Assembly: GCA_030697645.1 (NCBI GenBank)
Contig: JAUYPI010000014.1
Coordinates: forward strand, 12,136 to 76,135
From: a bacterium
GTDB taxonomy: Bacteria; Patescibacteriota; Minisyncoccia; Phycocordibacterales; VMGT01
Length of the DNA: 64,000 nucleotides
Direction: 5' to 3'
The notes beneath the pieces are model-generated. The model made no database searches and had not been told where the DNA came from. It was given only the letters and a program-made list of their open reading frames with translations. Numbering within the stretch: the first letter of the stretch is position 1; every line of letters starts with the position of its first letter. The translations under genes were made by a program, and so were the position numbers. Below are positions 46,148 to 56,276 of this stretch, piece after piece.

Positions 46148-46367
46148 AACAATATTCCAGGAAACGTTTCCCGAGGAAGCGTTCCGGTGGGAAAAAAAGC
46201 AGGAGGAATTCCCTCGATGGGATTCTTTAAGCCACATGGAGTTGGTCGGCAAATGCGAGGAGCGCCTGGGCTCCAGGTTCGAAATGGAAGAAGTTATGGC
46301 GCTCAACACGCCGGAGGATTTTTTTAGGGTGATTTCAAAAAAAAATGGCGGACCAGTTACTTCATAA
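46116..46367 (+). CDS. Acyl carrier protein
   Basis: DSLSHMELV phosphopantetheine-attachment serine motif in a protein of about 80 aa. Confidence 0.65.
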   Translation: MEQKEIRERIKTIFQETFPEEAFRWEKKQEEFPRWDSLSHMELVGKCEERLGSRFEMEEVMALNTPEDFFRVISKKNGGPVTS

Positions 46368-47814
46368 ATTTTTAGAAGCGAGCGCAAAAAAATTCCCCGA
46401 TAAAACCGCCCTGCGCATGGATCGGCGTACGCTCTCGTATAGAGAACTCGACCGGGCCGCTCAATGTGTCGCCTCTCTTCTTGTCGGATCAACGACATTT
46501 CAAGATCGCGTGATTTTGTTTTTGCCGAACTCATGCGAATTTATCGCGTGTTATTTCGGCATTCTAAAAGCGGGGCGGGTGGCGGTACCGGTTGATCCTG
46601 CAATAAACCCGGAAATGCTTCTGAAAAGGACCGTATCGAGCGGTGCAGTGCTCTGTCTCACGAACGAAATTCTGATGCAAAAATTCAAAGACGTGGTTCG
46701 AGGCGTACGGGTCGAGGATGCATCTCGGGCAATGCTCTGTACCGACGCTCTTCGGGAAAAGCGCACAGTCAGGCCGAACGATCTCGCGTCGCTCCTCTTT
46801 ACCACTGGCACCACCGGTACCCCAAAAGGGGTTATGGTACGACATGCCAACGCGTACTCGGCTGCAATAAATATGCTGCGGAGGCTTAACTACTCTCATG
46901 AGTCCATCGACAGTAATCCTCTCCCCATAACTCATTCTTTCGGATTAGGTAATGTCCATGCCGTTTTCGGGGTCGGCGGGACGGTTTTGCTCTATAAAAA
47001 CTTTATCAACTTAAAAAAGATTCTGGAGGATATCCGTGAATATCGGGCAACCTCTTTTTCGGCAACCCCTCCCGTTTTTGAAACCCTGGCCGGACCCTTG
47101 AGCACTTTGTTTAAGCGCTCAAGCGCCAGTCTGCGTCTCCTGCTTGCAAACAGCGCCCCGATTCCTCCCCGGACGATAAAAAAAATTCTGTCATTGGCGC
47201 CGCGCGCCGATTTTTTTACCTATTACGGTCTGACTGAAGCGTCTCGCTCCACGTTTATAAATTACCGCACCGAGCGGCGGTTTACCTCGGTCGGCAAAGC
47301 CGCTCCACGCGTAAAGATCGCGGTGCTCTCCGAGCGAAGAAAAAGGCTTCCCCGAAACACAATCGGAGAAATTTATATCAACGGACCGACCGTGGTCAGC
47401 GGCTACTGGAAAAATCCAAAAGAAACCAAAAAAAGAATACAAAAGAAATGGCTCGCAAGCGGCGATAACGGATACCTTGATGAAGACGGCTATCTGTATA
47501 TTGTAGGCCGCACAGACGACGTGATGAACATCGGCGGGAATAAAGTATATCCGTACGAAATCGAGGAAATGTTAAAAAAACACGCGCTGGTTAAAGACGC
47601 GGCCGTTGTCGCCGAGAAAGACGCGTGGCTCGGAGAGGTGCCGCGAGCCGTTATTGTGCTCGGGGAGGGTTATAACGAAAAAACTATACAGGAAGATATA
47701 CAAAATTTTTGCCGAAGAAACCTTGAGCCGTTTAAGACCCCGAAGAGTATCGAGTTTGTCAAAAATCTGCCGAAAACGTCGTCTGGTAAGGTGCAGAAAA
47801 AGTTATTGCTATGA
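46345..47814 (+). CDS. AMP-dependent synthetase/ligase (ANL adenylating enzyme, probable acyl-ACP or acyl-CoA ligase)
   Basis: TTGTTGTPKG AMP-binding motif and the C-terminal GEI / GRTDD / K motifs. Confidence 0.8.
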   Translation: MADQLLHKFLEASAKKFPDKTALRMDRRTLSYRELDRAAQCVASLLVGSTTFQDRVILFLPNSCEFIACYFGILKAGRVAVPVDPAINPEMLLKRTVSSGAVLCLTNEILMQKFKDVVRGVRVEDASRAMLCTDALREKRTVRPNDLASLLFTTGTTGTPKGVMVRHANAYSAAINMLRRLNYSHESIDSNPLPITHSFGLGNVHAVFGVGGTVLLYKNFINLKKILEDIREYRATSFSATPPVFETLAGPLSTLFKRSSASLRLLLANSAPIPPRTIKKILSLAPRADFFTYYGLTEASRSTFINYRTERRFTSVGKAAPRVKIAVLSERRKRLPRNTIGEIYINGPTVVSGYWKNPKETKKRIQKKWLASGDNGYLDEDGYLYIVGRTDDVMNIGGNKVYPYEIEEMLKKHALVKDAAVVAEKDAWLGEVPRAVIVLGEGYNEKTIQEDIQNFCRRNLEPFKTPKSIEFVKNLPKTSSGKVQKKLLL

Positions 47815-48896
47815 CAAAAAAGACGGATGTGCATTCTCACTGGAGCTTGCTCGCAGTTCCGAAAATGTTCTTTCCGGGCCATCTCTACCACGGTGCACGG
47901 GCGCTCGATTTTCTCAGGGTACTCGACGGTGATTTTTTGCTCGTCGCATCAAGGGATGCGTGGGCCACGCACAAGAATATGATCGCTTCCCGTTTTACGA
48001 CCGCCCCGAGCGAAATCTTTTTTGTGGAGAAAGAACCTACCGCTCGGACATACAACGATTTTTCGATGAAGCTTGCCGATAAAAATTATGCGTCTGTTGT
48101 TGGCGTCGGCGGAGGTTCCACCATGGACGTGGCAAAAACCGCGCATATCCATAAAGAAAATCTGCAGGTTATTTTAATTCCCACGACGGCAGGAAGCGGG
48201 TCGGAAGTAAGCCGGTATTCCTTATTCGTCAACGAAAAAGGCGAGAAAGAGCCACTGGTGTCCCCGGCGCTGCTTCCGGATGTGATTTTGTATGATCCCG
48301 TACTGCTGACTTCTCTTTCGCCCGAACTCACCGCCTGCACTACCATTGACGCATATGCCCACGCATTAGAAGGCCTGACTTCGAGACTGGCGCATCCAAT
48401 TTCAGACCTGTTTGCAAGAGAGGCCCTCTCGCTCATCTTAAAATATGCGCCGCAGGCATGCCGCAATCCCGAAAATCTTGAAGCACGGACGTATTTACAA
48501 ACCGCTGGGTTTCTCTCAGGACTGGTACAGAGCAGCGCGTCGGTCGGGCTCGCGCATGGCATGGCAGATTTTTTCGGTCCTCGCTTCGCTCTTGGGCATG
48601 GCCGGGCTATTGCACTGTTTCTTCTGCCGGTCATCCGGCTCAATCTCAAAAGAAACAGCGAGTACTATAAAAAAATTCAAGAAACAAGGGATATTTTAGA
48701 ATGCACACGGAAGCTCTACGGGGAATGCGGTCTGGACACTGATGTGCGGGAGGCGCTGAAAGAAGCGCGGGTATCTTTAGAGGAAGTATCACGTTTTATA
48801 AAAAAAGACCCAGCGGTAAAAACGCATCAATTCATGCCGAGCGACGCGGAGCTCGAAGAGATTATGCGGTCCTGCGGTATCACCTGTGTCAGATAA
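47811..48896 (+). CDS. Iron-containing (group III) alcohol dehydrogenase family protein
   Basis: GVGGGSTMDVAK glycine-rich motif and conserved His cluster (HALE ... HGMA). Confidence 0.7.
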   Translation: MTKKTDVHSHWSLLAVPKMFFPGHLYHGARALDFLRVLDGDFLLVASRDAWATHKNMIASRFTTAPSEIFFVEKEPTARTYNDFSMKLADKNYASVVGVGGGSTMDVAKTAHIHKENLQVILIPTTAGSGSEVSRYSLFVNEKGEKEPLVSPALLPDVILYDPVLLTSLSPELTACTTIDAYAHALEGLTSRLAHPISDLFAREALSLILKYAPQACRNPENLEARTYLQTAGFLSGLVQSSASVGLAHGMADFFGPRFALGHGRAIALFLLPVIRLNLKRNSEYYKKIQETRDILECTRKLYGECGLDTDVREALKEARVSLEEVSRFIKKDPAVKTHQFMPSDAELEEIMRSCGITCVR

Positions 48897-49983
48897 TATC
48901 GAAAAACTGCTTGCCGAACCGGCTTTCATGCCGTATGAAGAAAAGGCGCTCCTTTTTTTGGCGGCCATGCGCGACTCGGTTTTGTTCCATAAAAAAAATT
49001 GCGTTTTTTATGCTACGTTCTTGAGCGCGAATGCTTTTGACGGTCGCGTGGACAATCTCGCCGATATTCCGCCGCTCCCCATTGGCATCTTTAAGAAACG
49101 GACGTTGCTCTCCGTTCCGCAAAGCGACATCGTAAAAATGACCCATTCGAGCGCCACAACGAGCGGCACGCCGAGCTCTATTTCCATTGATCGAGTTACC
49201 CGAGAGCGGCAGAGAACGGCGCTTTCTAAAATCATGTCTTCGCTTCTCGGTGGGGAGCGCAGGCCGTTTGTTATCTTTGACAGTCGCTCCGTTGTAGAGT
49301 CAACGGCAGAGGAACTTTCTTCCCGCGCTACCACGATCCGCGGGCTGCTCGCTTTTTCGTCTGGTTTCTTTTGCCTGCTTGATAGCGAACTTCAGTTACG
49401 CGCGTCTGTACTGCAAGAGGCACTGAAAAAAATGGACGGGCGGTCTCCGGTATTTTTTGGCGTCACCACAATACTCTATGAAATTTTCCAAAAATATAAA
49501 CACGATCGGGACGTACGCGCCCTGCTAAAAGAATTTCCACATCCGACCGTACTTTTTAGCGGCGGGTGGAAAAAGTTGGCGAGCATGAATATCGACCACG
49601 AGTCGTTCAAAAAAGGCCTTGCCGAATTTTTTTCTGTTGCGAGGAACGACCTTATTGATTTTTACGGCATGATAGAGCAGCCGGGGGTGATTTATCCTGA
49701 ATGTGCATACGGCTACAAGCATGTGCCCGCGTATGCAGAGGTTATTATTCGTGATCTAAGAAGCATGCGGCCTCTCGGCGCGAGCCAGGAGGGGATGATC
49801 GAGGTTCTCTCGCCCCTTGCCCATAGCTACCCGGGCATCGCCCTGCTTACCGATGACATCGGGAGCCTCGGAGGAAATGACGGCTGCACATGCGGACGGC
49901 GGGGACAATTTTTTTCTTTCGTGCGCAGAGCTCCTGAAGCGGAAACCAAAGGATGTGCCGACGCTCTAGAGCTGCCGCCATAA
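48886..49983 (+). CDS. LuxE-family acyl-protein synthetase-like protein
   Basis: Pattern shared with LuxE: SSATTSG, GGWKK, TDDIG, KGCA near the C-terminus. Confidence 0.6.
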   Translation: MSDNIEKLLAEPAFMPYEEKALLFLAAMRDSVLFHKKNCVFYATFLSANAFDGRVDNLADIPPLPIGIFKKRTLLSVPQSDIVKMTHSSATTSGTPSSISIDRVTRERQRTALSKIMSSLLGGERRPFVIFDSRSVVESTAEELSSRATTIRGLLAFSSGFFCLLDSELQLRASVLQEALKKMDGRSPVFFGVTTILYEIFQKYKHDRDVRALLKEFPHPTVLFSGGWKKLASMNIDHESFKKGLAEFFSVARNDLIDFYGMIEQPGVIYPECAYGYKHVPAYAEVIIRDLRSMRPLGASQEGMIEVLSPLAHSYPGIALLTDDIGSLGGNDGCTCGRRGQFFSFVRRAPEAETKGCADALELPP

Positions 49984-49987
49984 ACGT

Positions 49988-51271
49988 ATGCGAATACAAA
50001 GCCTGTTTTTCGAGGGCAAAAAAGAGCATACCGAGCGCGAGCTTGCCGATGTGGTGCGAGCGCTTGAAGATTCGCGCGCTGCCCTGCACAATATTCCGGT
50101 TGATGAGATTCTTGATTTTTTTGGCGTCCTTAGCGCGCGAATCGCCCGATTATCTCATCCGGCGCAAAAAACCGGAGGCAATTTTGGAGACTTGGTGCAT
50201 TTTCTTAAAAAAGAAAACTTGGGAAAAAACCTAGACCTTGCTCTGAGGGGAAAACGTGCGTACCTCGACGGTTTTATACAGCCGGAGGGGTTTGATTTTT
50301 TCCTGCACGCCCAACCTAGGGGACTCGTGGTCGAGTGGCTTGCCGGCAATATCCCGCTGCTCGGCATATATTCCCTGGCGCAGGTGACGGCCACCAAGAA
50401 CGTTTTGCTCACGAAAGCGCCCAAGAAAAATTACGAGATTTTGCTTGACATGCTCGAGATAGCGGCTGACGCGGCGCGGGGGCATAAAGGATGGGAGCGT
50501 ATCATCAATTCGGTAAGTGTTATAGGTGTCCCAAAAAACGACAGAGCTGCCCACGAGGAACTTTCCCGTTTTGCCGATGTCCGTATACTGTGGGGTGGTG
50601 AAGAGAGCGTCAAAGCGATTTTGTCTCTTTCTAAAAATTTTTGGACTGAAGATATCGTATACGGCCCGAAGTACTCGTATGCTCTGATCAGCAAAGCGGT
50701 TCCTCAAGACCGCATGAGAACTATAGCCAGCGCCCTCGCCGTTGACGTGGCAAATTTTGATCAGTACGCCTGTTCTTCTCCCCACGTTGTTTTTATTGAA
50801 GCGGGTGGAGTAGCGACGCCTGAGGTATTCGGTCAGATACTTGCAAAGGAGCTCGAAAGGACAACACGGCTCCTCCTCCCCAAGGGAGAGATGGATGCGG
50901 AAACGGTTATGCAGATATTGACTCTGCGCGCAGAGTATGCCTCACGGGGAGAGGTTATTATTCCTCAAGGAAACGCTACCGACTGGACAGTCATTATAAC
51001 GAACGAGGAAGGTTTTTCGCCCATCGTCGGTTCCCGCACTATTTTTATAAAACCAATAAAAAGCATCTCTGATCTGGCGTCACTAAACAGTCACAAAATT
51101 CAGACTATCGGCTTTGTGGGCGCTCCTGAAGAAGATTTGCAAAAAATAGATGACCTAACATTGAAGGGCGGTGACCGTCTCCCGCAATTGGGGAATATGA
51201 GCTTTTTCGCTTCTCCCTGGGACGGACTCTTCGCCATGGATCGGCTGGTGCGCTGGGTCCGCTATCACTAA
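49988..51271 (+). CDS. LuxC-family acyl-CoA/acyl-ACP reductase-like protein
   Basis: Size and motif similarity to LuxC (GNIPLLGIYSL ... TKAPKK; Cys-containing active-site region); translationally coupled to the LuxE-like gene. Confidence 0.55.
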   Translation: MRIQSLFFEGKKEHTERELADVVRALEDSRAALHNIPVDEILDFFGVLSARIARLSHPAQKTGGNFGDLVHFLKKENLGKNLDLALRGKRAYLDGFIQPEGFDFFLHAQPRGLVVEWLAGNIPLLGIYSLAQVTATKNVLLTKAPKKNYEILLDMLEIAADAARGHKGWERIINSVSVIGVPKNDRAAHEELSRFADVRILWGGEESVKAILSLSKNFWTEDIVYGPKYSYALISKAVPQDRMRTIASALAVDVANFDQYACSSPHVVFIEAGGVATPEVFGQILAKELERTTRLLLPKGEMDAETVMQILTLRAEYASRGEVIIPQGNATDWTVIITNEEGFSPIVGSRTIFIKPIKSISDLASLNSHKIQTIGFVGAPEEDLQKIDDLTLKGGDRLPQLGNMSFFASPWDGLFAMDRLVRWVRYH

Positions 51272-51272
51272 A

Positions 51273-52421
51273 ATGCTCGCAGAAAATTTTACAACCCGGT
51301 ATCTTACCGAGCATGACCGCGGCGCTCTCACGGGCTTTATGAAGCGCGCCTACGGCGACCACTACATTCTTACGGACGAAAAATTTTTCGAGTGGTACAC
51401 GCACCCTCCGCGAGTAAGTGACGAAAAAAGTTCGCTGCCGATCATCGGGACATTTTGGAAAAATGCGCTGGTCGGGCACATATTTGTCATCCCACATTAC
51501 TTCAGCAACAGAACGGGGGCGAAGCTGCCCATGGTGTGGAATTCAAATTTTATGATCAGCGCCGAGTTGCAACAAAAAGGGATCGGTCCGGCGATTGTGC
51601 GCCATCTACTCGCCGATGAGTCAATTTTTATTTCCGCAGGCACCGGTGCGAGCCTGCAGCACAAGGGCGGCAGGAGTCTCCTTGAAGCCATGGGCTACAA
51701 TTTCGGCTTTATGAATAAATATGTTTTTGTGTTCGACGAAGTCGCGCTCAAAATCTTCAAAGAAGTACGGCCGGGAGATACAGAAAAAATCAAAGAAGGA
51801 TTGAGCCGATTTCAGCACTTCAAAGGCGAGACGGTAGACACGATGAAGCCATCGGTGTTTGACCAAACGATGACCGATTTTTGGGAAAAAAACATGGCGA
51901 AAAAATTTTACGGCGCATGGCGCGACGCCGATTTTTTCAACTGGAGATATGGTGCCCATCCGCATTTTACCTATACGCCGCTCGTCATTGCGGACGAGAA
52001 ACATGAAATCAGGGGGCTCGCGGTATGGAGAATTGCCGAGATCGCTCCTTCACAGAAGCGCGTGGGAAGGGTGGTTGAATTTCTTCCCGACGACGGGTTT
52101 GCCGAAGCTCTGGCTTTTGCTCTCCTCGGCGAATTACAAGAGGCGGGCGCGCTTATGGCAGATTTTTTTATGACAACAAACCTCTTTGACCACGCCCTGA
52201 CTCGCCTCGGTTTTATATCCTCCCGAGATTTTACCGAGCGGGTCCCACGGCTACTGGACCCTCTCAGTTTCTCCGACCCTTTTGTCAATATCGTCTCCAA
52301 AAATATACGCGCCATTGATCCTGAGAATGGTTTTAATTCTTTTTCCAATTGGTATGCCACGAGCGCCGACGGTGACCAGGACCGCCCTAATACCATTACA
52401 AATTTAAATACGAGCCCATGA
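51273..52421 (+). CDS. FemAB-like / GNAT-fold acyltransferase
   Basis: 382-aa two-lobed GNAT-like architecture of the FemAB-related type found in EPS loci. Confidence 0.45.
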   Translation: MLAENFTTRYLTEHDRGALTGFMKRAYGDHYILTDEKFFEWYTHPPRVSDEKSSLPIIGTFWKNALVGHIFVIPHYFSNRTGAKLPMVWNSNFMISAELQQKGIGPAIVRHLLADESIFISAGTGASLQHKGGRSLLEAMGYNFGFMNKYVFVFDEVALKIFKEVRPGDTEKIKEGLSRFQHFKGETVDTMKPSVFDQTMTDFWEKNMAKKFYGAWRDADFFNWRYGAHPHFTYTPLVIADEKHEIRGLAVWRIAEIAPSQKRVGRVVEFLPDDGFAEALAFALLGELQEAGALMADFFMTTNLFDHALTRLGFISSRDFTERVPRLLDPLSFSDPFVNIVSKNIRAIDPENGFNSFSNWYATSADGDQDRPNTITNLNTSP

Positions 52422-53383
52422 CCGATGCATCAATCATCATCGTCTATCACTACATACAAAGAAAGGAGGAGCGGCCGAGAATGAAAGGCATGCTCGTGGA
52501 TGATTTTGAACGACACGTCAAACTTTTATTAGAAAGCGGGTATCGCATCGTGACGTTACATGAGTACCTCGAGGCGACAAAGGATTTAACCACTCTCCCG
52601 CCGTCGAAAATGGCCGTGCTGAGTTTTGACGACGGCCTCAAGGTTCATATCGAAAATGTAATGCCTCTGTTTCAAAAATATGGACTAAAAGGGAGCTTTT
52701 TTGTGATCACTCGCCCCTTGACTGATCGCTGGCTTGCTCCGGTCCACAAAAACCACCTACTTCTTGCTGCGTCGGTAGAAGAAGACTCCTTGTTTTCTGT
52801 TGCTGATTTGATTACCGAAGCCACGCGTTGGCTCGTTAAAAACAGCGGGGTTGCGGCTCCTCTAAACACCGAGGACCTGATCAAAAAATATGCAGCGATG
52901 TCTCCCTGGGACGACCAGACGACTGCATATTATAAATATCTGCTCAATGTTTTTGTTTCCGAACCTGTGCGCTCGTTACTTATTGACCACTTGTTTCGCG
53001 CGTTCTACGGCGAACTATCGGCGTGGGTTAGCAAATTTTATTTAGACAAAGAGGACATACAGCAGATGCAGCGCGCCGGTATGGAAATCGGCTCTCACTC
53101 ACATACACACCAATTTTTGTCTTCGCTTTCCGAAGAAGCGCAGCGCGAGGAAATCGTTCGCTCTAAAATAATACTTGAGGAAATTTTGGGGGAGATGAGT
53201 ACGTCATTTTCGTACCCGTACGGTTTAGGCGGAGCATACGATCAAGTTGCGATGGATATTGCAAAAACGTGCGGCTTCCGTGCAGCCCTGACATGCGAGA
53301 AAGGCTACGCCGCCGCGTCTCCGAGCCTACTCGCCATTAACCGGATTGACGCCAATGACATGCAGAAATATCTGATTACATGA
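52418..53383 (+). CDS. Polysaccharide deacetylase family protein (CE4, PEP-CTERM-locus-like subfamily)
   Basis: SFDDG ... HSHTH NodB-type motifs. Confidence 0.7.
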   Translation: MTDASIIIVYHYIQRKEERPRMKGMLVDDFERHVKLLLESGYRIVTLHEYLEATKDLTTLPPSKMAVLSFDDGLKVHIENVMPLFQKYGLKGSFFVITRPLTDRWLAPVHKNHLLLAASVEEDSLFSVADLITEATRWLVKNSGVAAPLNTEDLIKKYAAMSPWDDQTTAYYKYLLNVFVSEPVRSLLIDHLFRAFYGELSAWVSKFYLDKEDIQQMQRAGMEIGSHSHTHQFLSSLSEEAQREEIVRSKIILEEILGEMSTSFSYPYGLGGAYDQVAMDIAKTCGFRAALTCEKGYAAASPSLLAINRIDANDMQKYLIT

Positions 53384-53425
53384 AACCCGCCGGTTTGTCC
53401 GGTGGTTAATGCAATGTAACTTCAC

Positions 53426-54054
53426 ATGGTGTACAAAATGACAAAAACAGAATACGAAGAATATCAAAAGACGAACGGAGATTATGCTATAGCATCTTTG
53501 TTTTTTCTCAACGAACTGAAAAACATAGTGAGGAGTGAAAAACCGAGGAGAATTTTAGAGGTCGGCGTCGGCGTCGGAACAATACCGTACGGCATAAGAG
53601 AATTTCAAAACACGTTCGAGTATGTCGGAACGGAGAATTTTGAACCCTGCATCGAGCGGCTGCGCGAAAACGCTCCCTTTGTCATCCATGAACGGTTCAT
53701 AAAAGAAACGAAGGGGGCGTTTGACCTCATCATCGTTGACGGACAAGATGCAGATACTCATGGACTCCCGCAACGATTGCGCAGGGGGGGGTAATCCTTG
53801 TCGAAAATGATCGGCGAGGCCAAGTCGGGGTGCTTCAGGAAGCATCGAGGAAAAGAACATTCGTATCCTACCGCAAGAGGCCGTTTTCGCTGCATAAAAG
53901 CGCAGGGTATACCATTTTCTATTTTGAACCAAACGCAATGGATTATATGCGGTGGATCACCGGCTCTCTGTGGTACAAGATAAAAACTCATCTGCAATTC
54001 CGGATCAACAGGGCACGGACCTTCGTTAAGTCCGCTCTCAAGTCATATGCATAA
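53426..54054 (+). pseudogene. Small class I SAM methyltransferase interrupted at a poly-G tract (possibly phase-variable or frameshifted)
   Basis: 5' ORF (to 53794) carries motif I ILEVGVGVGT and motif II FDLIIVDG and stops directly after G8-9 at about 53783-53791. The adjacent frame continues GVILVEND ... to 54054 (MTase motif III), giving a normal 208-aa enzyme if fused. Confidence 0.55.
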
Positions 54055-55402
54055 GGACGCCAAAACAATCGTCATTACCAGTTTTCACTCCTTAATTTCG
54101 AGAAATATTCTCTCGACGGATATCTTGAAACTGCTTCTACGAGACGGGGCGCGCCTCGTGATCGTGGTTCCTCGGCATAAAACCGTATATTACGAAAAAA
54201 ATTTCGGCGGACCGAATGTTTGTATTGAAGGCGTCGACGCCAATCAACCAACGCGTTATTTTTTCGGTCTCTTCTTCAAACGCCTGTCCTGGAACATGCT
54301 CGCCACCGAGACCGTCGCCATCAGGCAAACGTACCAACGCGTCGTCAACAAAAAGTGGCTCCAGTACTATCTATTTTTTCTGCCAGCGCGTGTGCTGGCG
54401 CGCTCGTCTCTGCTCGTGCGCTTCGTGCGATTTTTGGATTACCATCTGTCGCCCAAAAATATATTTAAGAAAATTTTTGAGCACTATGCCCCCGATCTCA
54501 TTTTTGCCACTGATATCCAGAACGAAAATGACGTCGCGCTACTGCAGGAAGCAAAAAAACGCTCTGTGCCACGAGCGGCGATGGTCAGATCGTGGGACAA
54601 CCTCAGCCAGTGGGGGATGATCCGGATTGTGCCACTGACACTCATCGTCGCAGATGAGGTTTCAAGACAGGAGGCGCACGCGCTCCACTATATCCCCGAG
54701 AAACGCATCGCGGTTACCGGCGTTCCTCACTACGATCGCTACCGCCGCGGCCCGCAGGAGAGTCGGGAGACATTTCTCGCGTCGCTCGGTCTTGATCCGA
54801 CAAAAAAAGTTGTTCTCCACGCGCCCATCGGCAATTTCTATGTGAACGACGCCGAGATTGACCGCGTGCTCCTCGAGTTACTTGCGGAGACCGGGGAAAA
54901 TATCATCGTGCGCTTTCCGCCACTCGACACGGTGAGTAATATCGAAACTCTCCGTGCACCGAACGTGTATATTAATAAGCCGGGCCTCGCTTTTGGCGCC
55001 AACAGGTTTGCCGACCGAGAAATAACAGCCGCGGATGATACTTTTTTGATGAACGCCCTCTGTCACAGCGACGTGGTAACGACCGGACCCTCTACCATTG
55101 CGCTCGACGCGGCTCTGTTCAATAAACCGATTATTCTGATTCATTTTTACGCCGCGGCAAAAACGCACTGGGACAAACTCTATGGTTACGACTTTACGCA
55201 CATCAAACGATTGGTCCGGAGCGGCGGTGTCCGGGTCGCAGAGAGCGAGGGGGAATTTCGTGATTTATTAAAAATGTATTTACAAAACCCTCACCTCGAT
55301 GAGAGCGAACGAGGCGATATTGTCCGCACCATCTGCGGTCCATCAGATACAAGAGCGTCCGAGAGGGTCGTTCGTGCTCTTAGAGCCCTGTTGGCTTCAT
55401 GA
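54047..55402 (+). CDS. TagF/KpsS-like polymer-forming transferase, paralog D
   Basis: SFHSLISRNIL N-terminus, VLHAPIGN, IVRFPPLD and VTTGPSTIALDAALFNKPIILI motifs. Confidence 0.55.
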   Translation: MHKDAKTIVITSFHSLISRNILSTDILKLLLRDGARLVIVVPRHKTVYYEKNFGGPNVCIEGVDANQPTRYFFGLFFKRLSWNMLATETVAIRQTYQRVVNKKWLQYYLFFLPARVLARSSLLVRFVRFLDYHLSPKNIFKKIFEHYAPDLIFATDIQNENDVALLQEAKKRSVPRAAMVRSWDNLSQWGMIRIVPLTLIVADEVSRQEAHALHYIPEKRIAVTGVPHYDRYRRGPQESRETFLASLGLDPTKKVVLHAPIGNFYVNDAEIDRVLLELLAETGENIIVRFPPLDTVSNIETLRAPNVYINKPGLAFGANRFADREITAADDTFLMNALCHSDVVTTGPSTIALDAALFNKPIILIHFYAAAKTHWDKLYGYDFTHIKRLVRSGGVRVAESEGEFRDLLKMYLQNPHLDESERGDIVRTICGPSDTRASERVVRALRALLAS

Positions 55403-55447
55403 CACGCTCTTTCACCGTCACGCGTCATCCCTTAAAAATAGCCCCAC

Positions 55448-56236
55448 TTGGTCACTATGCTGATTTTTGCACATCGAGGATTAAAGTTGGAGCATCCGGA
55501 AAACACTATGCCGGCGTTTGCCGCGGCGCTCGAGGCGGGATTTGGCATTGAGCTTGACGTGCGGCTCACGAAAGACAGACAGCTTATATGCCTGCACAAT
55601 CCGGACACGGAGCACGTGACTGGCACGAAGCTCACGGTCCGGGAGAGCACGTACGAAGAGCTTTCTCGGTTGGACGTACTGAAACCGGGTGTGAAAATTC
55701 CACGTTTTCCGGACGTGGCAGAGCAAATAATGGCGCGGTTTGGCCCAACACAGAAAGCCGCTATCCATGTGAAGGGCGACGAGCAGGGAGAGCAACAGAT
55801 CCGCATACTGCTCGAGGCTTTCAGGCGTTGCGGCCTGCACGAAAAAGCCCTGCTCTTCGATCTCACATTCGAAACCGCCGAGCGCGTGCGCAAAGCCGAC
55901 CCGTCTGTCGAAATTGCGATCTCGGTCGGCGAGAAGAATTATGCTCCTACCATATACACCTGGGGAGAGGCGCGGCAGCACCTCAATCTCTTCCACACGG
56001 TCTGGTGGGATGAGTGGAAAATACCGGCCAGTGAGTATACTGAGCAGCGCGCCCGGGAAATCCAGAGGGCGGGTAAAAAGATTTACGCGATATCGCCAGA
56101 ACTTCACGCCGATCACGGCCACTCGCACGCTCTCCAGGGCTACGAGAAAGACTGGCGGAATTTCATCACGTGGAAAATTGACGGGGTGTGCACCGCCCAC
56201 CCGCGAGACCTTGACGATCTGCTCGGGTTGCTATAG
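55448..56236 (+). CDS. Glycerophosphodiester phosphodiesterase (GDPD/UgpQ) family protein
   Basis: HRG ... ENT ... ELDV catalytic motifs (FAHRGLKLEHPENTMPAF ... GIELDVRLTKD). Confidence 0.75.
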   Translation: MVTMLIFAHRGLKLEHPENTMPAFAAALEAGFGIELDVRLTKDRQLICLHNPDTEHVTGTKLTVRESTYEELSRLDVLKPGVKIPRFPDVAEQIMARFGPTQKAAIHVKGDEQGEQQIRILLEAFRRCGLHEKALLFDLTFETAERVRKADPSVEIAISVGEKNYAPTIYTWGEARQHLNLFHTVWWDEWKIPASEYTEQRAREIQRAGKKIYAISPELHADHGHSHALQGYEKDWRNFITWKIDGVCTAHPRDLDDLLGLL

Positions 56237-56276
56237 CGTAAATCTAGTGATTTCGCAGGGCTATGCCTTGACAAGG

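Noticed and set aside
53426-53794. Exact G count of the homopolymer (8 versus 9) and therefore whether the methyltransferase is intact in this assembly
   Set aside because: My manual position count and the supplied ORF track disagree by 1-2 nt around this gene, so I could not settle the tract length by eye. It is reported as a split or phase-variable gene rather than asserting either state.
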